Shown here piece after piece: positions 62,394-64,000 of a stretch of 64,000 nt of DNA (positions within the stretch are counted from its first letter, which is position 1; each line of letters begins with the position of its first letter). Where the stretch lies: NCBI GenBank assembly GCA_030390025.1, contig CM059431.1:148988001-149052000 (forward strand), given 5' to 3'. The notes beneath the pieces are model-generated. The model was not told the origin of the DNA. It saw only the letters and a list, made by a program, of their open reading frames with translations, and searched no databases. This DNA comes from Squalus acanthias. Its lineage: Eukaryota. The translations under genes were made by a program, and so were the position numbers.

Positions 62394-63536
62394 TTAGCCG
62401 TTGACGGACGGCCCTTGCAGTTTCACCATTGTGGGCCGCCCTCCCGCCTTGGTGCTGCTGATGATCATCCTCCTCGTCCTCTTCTCCTCTTCCTCCTCCT
62501 CCTCTGGTGGTGCTCCAAGGCCTGGTGGCATTGGCTGGGTCCTGACGATTGCCATGTTATGCAACATGCAGCACACAACTACGAGGTTGGATACTCGCTC
62601 AGGCGAGTACTGCAGGGCTCCTCCAGAATGGTCGAGACAGCGGAACCGTTGCTTCAGCACACCGATTTTGCGCTCAATGATGTTCCTGGTAGCTTGATGG
62701 CTCTCATTGTACCGCAGCTCAGCAGGGGTGTAGGGTATACGGAGCGGTGTCATCAGCCAGGTGCTCAATGGATACCCCTTGTCCCCGAGAAGCCAACCAA
62801 CTGGCTGATGCGGTGCCTCGAAAAGTTCTGCCACATTAGTCTGGCGCAGGATAAAAGCATCGTGGCAGCTGCCAGGATAGTGGGCATTGACAGCGAGTAT
62901 CAGCTGTCCGTGGTCACAGACCAACTGAACATTCAAGGAATGGAACCGCTTTCTGTTCCAGAATTCCTCGGCATTCTCATGTGGAGCACGCAAAGCCACA
63001 TGCGTGCTGTCAATGGCGCCCTGCACCATGGGGAAGCCCGCTATCCTCGCAAAGGCCAGAGCGCGGTCACGCTGCTTGTCTGGGGTCATGGGGAAAGAGA
63101 TGAACTCTCGTCTCCTTTTAAAGAGGGCATTTGTGACCTGCCGGATGCAGCAATGCACCGCGAACTGGGAAATATTGGCGAGGTCCCCAGCAGCAGCTTG
63201 AAATGAGCCAGTAGCATAAAAGTTGAGAGCCACTGTGACCTTCACTGCCACCGACAGGGACGTCCTGGACCTCAGTTAAGGCTGCAGATCTGGCTGCAGC
63301 AGGTGGCAGAGCTCAGTGACCACCTCCTTGCTGAATCGCAGCCTTCGCAAACACAGCTCCTCAGACATATGAATGTAGGAGAGCTGTTCACGATATACCC
63401 TGGGAGGGTAAGCTCTCCTGTACATACGCCTGTTGGCCCTCCTCCGTCTGGCCATCATTGCCACTCTCTCTCTGCGTCTCTTTGTCCTCCGATTCAGCTG
63501 GAGCAGGACGACTCCCCCAAACAGTGCAGCCCCCAT
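62394..63536 (-). pseudogene. Harbinger (HARBI1-like) DDE transposase, one in-frame TAA at 63276
   Basis: GFPMVQGAIDSTH, SLNVQLVCD, YPGSCHDAFIL, LLGDKGY, RNIIERKIGVLKQRFRCL, CCMLHN. Confidence 0.95.
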
Positions 63537-63728
63537 AGTCTCTTTGCAAGCAAAGTAATGAAGGACAGCAACCAAAGTACCAGCGAAGTTAGGATCAGTA
63601 GGCAAAACTACCTCACAAAGCGTTGACTCAATGCAGAAGTCTCTCTTTCTCTCTCTCCGAATCTCTCTCTCTCTCTCAGAACGAGTGGTGCAAAAATGTC
63701 AACCACAGAAAAAGACAGGAAGAGGCCC

Positions 63729-63738
63729 CCTTTAAATA
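63729..63738 (-). promoter_or_regulatory. TATA-like box upstream of Harbinger transposase
   Basis: TATTTAAAGG ~190 bp before the ATG in both Harbinger copies (also 28309-28318, + strand). Confidence 0.5.
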
Positions 63739-64000
63739 GCGCCTCCCCCAGCCCCACAGCGATTGATAGCGTTCCAGTCTTCCGGTCGTTGGATGCGCCA
63801 GGCGGTAAGGCAGGAGGCACCACTCAATTTCCGCTCCGGGGCGCCACAAGGGCGTTGCACCATGGAATGACGTCACAATCTGCGCGCGCAGATGGTCGCA
63901 GCGGTAAAGTTTAGCGCCGCCGCACAATGTCTAGTTAAGTTCCGGAGCGGCGCAAACTTCGCTGCGCCCGGGCGTTAGCGGCTTTGCGCCCCATTAGCGC

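Larger units (their letters stand above)
59885..64000. mobile_element. Autonomous-type PIF/Harbinger transposon, right end outside window
   Basis: Starts GGGGAAAAATT exactly where the RTE frame breaks; contains convergent Myb/SANT and transposase genes. Confidence 0.92.

Noticed and set aside
62316..63206. 296-aa plus-strand ORF
   Set aside because: Antisense shadow of the transposase ORF.
62394..63536. Host HARBI1 gene
   Set aside because: Has an in-frame stop, lies in a TIR-type element with a Myb partner inserted into an RTE, and a relative occurs at 28502.

Overview
Eukaryotic (vertebrate, most likely cartilaginous fish, inferred from HE1-like V-SINE, DeuSINE and CR1 content) intergenic or intronic DNA made up almost entirely of transposable elements and tandem repeats. 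No host protein-coding gene could be recognised, and most ORFs in the track are TE fragments or antisense/repeat artefacts. Main content: many CR1 LINEs, including two near-full-length copies (one recent, with a 4x76-bp 5' monomer array and a duplicated 3' tail), a second CR1/L2-group LINE family, L2 and RTE fragments, three SINE families, and a Penelope-like element with inverted terminal arms, a 13-bp TSD and minimal hammerhead ribozyme motifs. There is also a set of PIF/Harbinger elements (near-intact two-gene element, decayed relative, related terminus, MITE), two solo-LTR-like pieces, and satellites of 32, 33, 54, ~60 and 67 bp. I found no wholly new biological system. The most notable items are the Penelope ribozyme/inverted structure, the Harbinger family, the CR1 5' and 3' architecture, and a satellite apparently seeded from a SINE. 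All boundaries were read by eye and are approximate unless a TSD is given.
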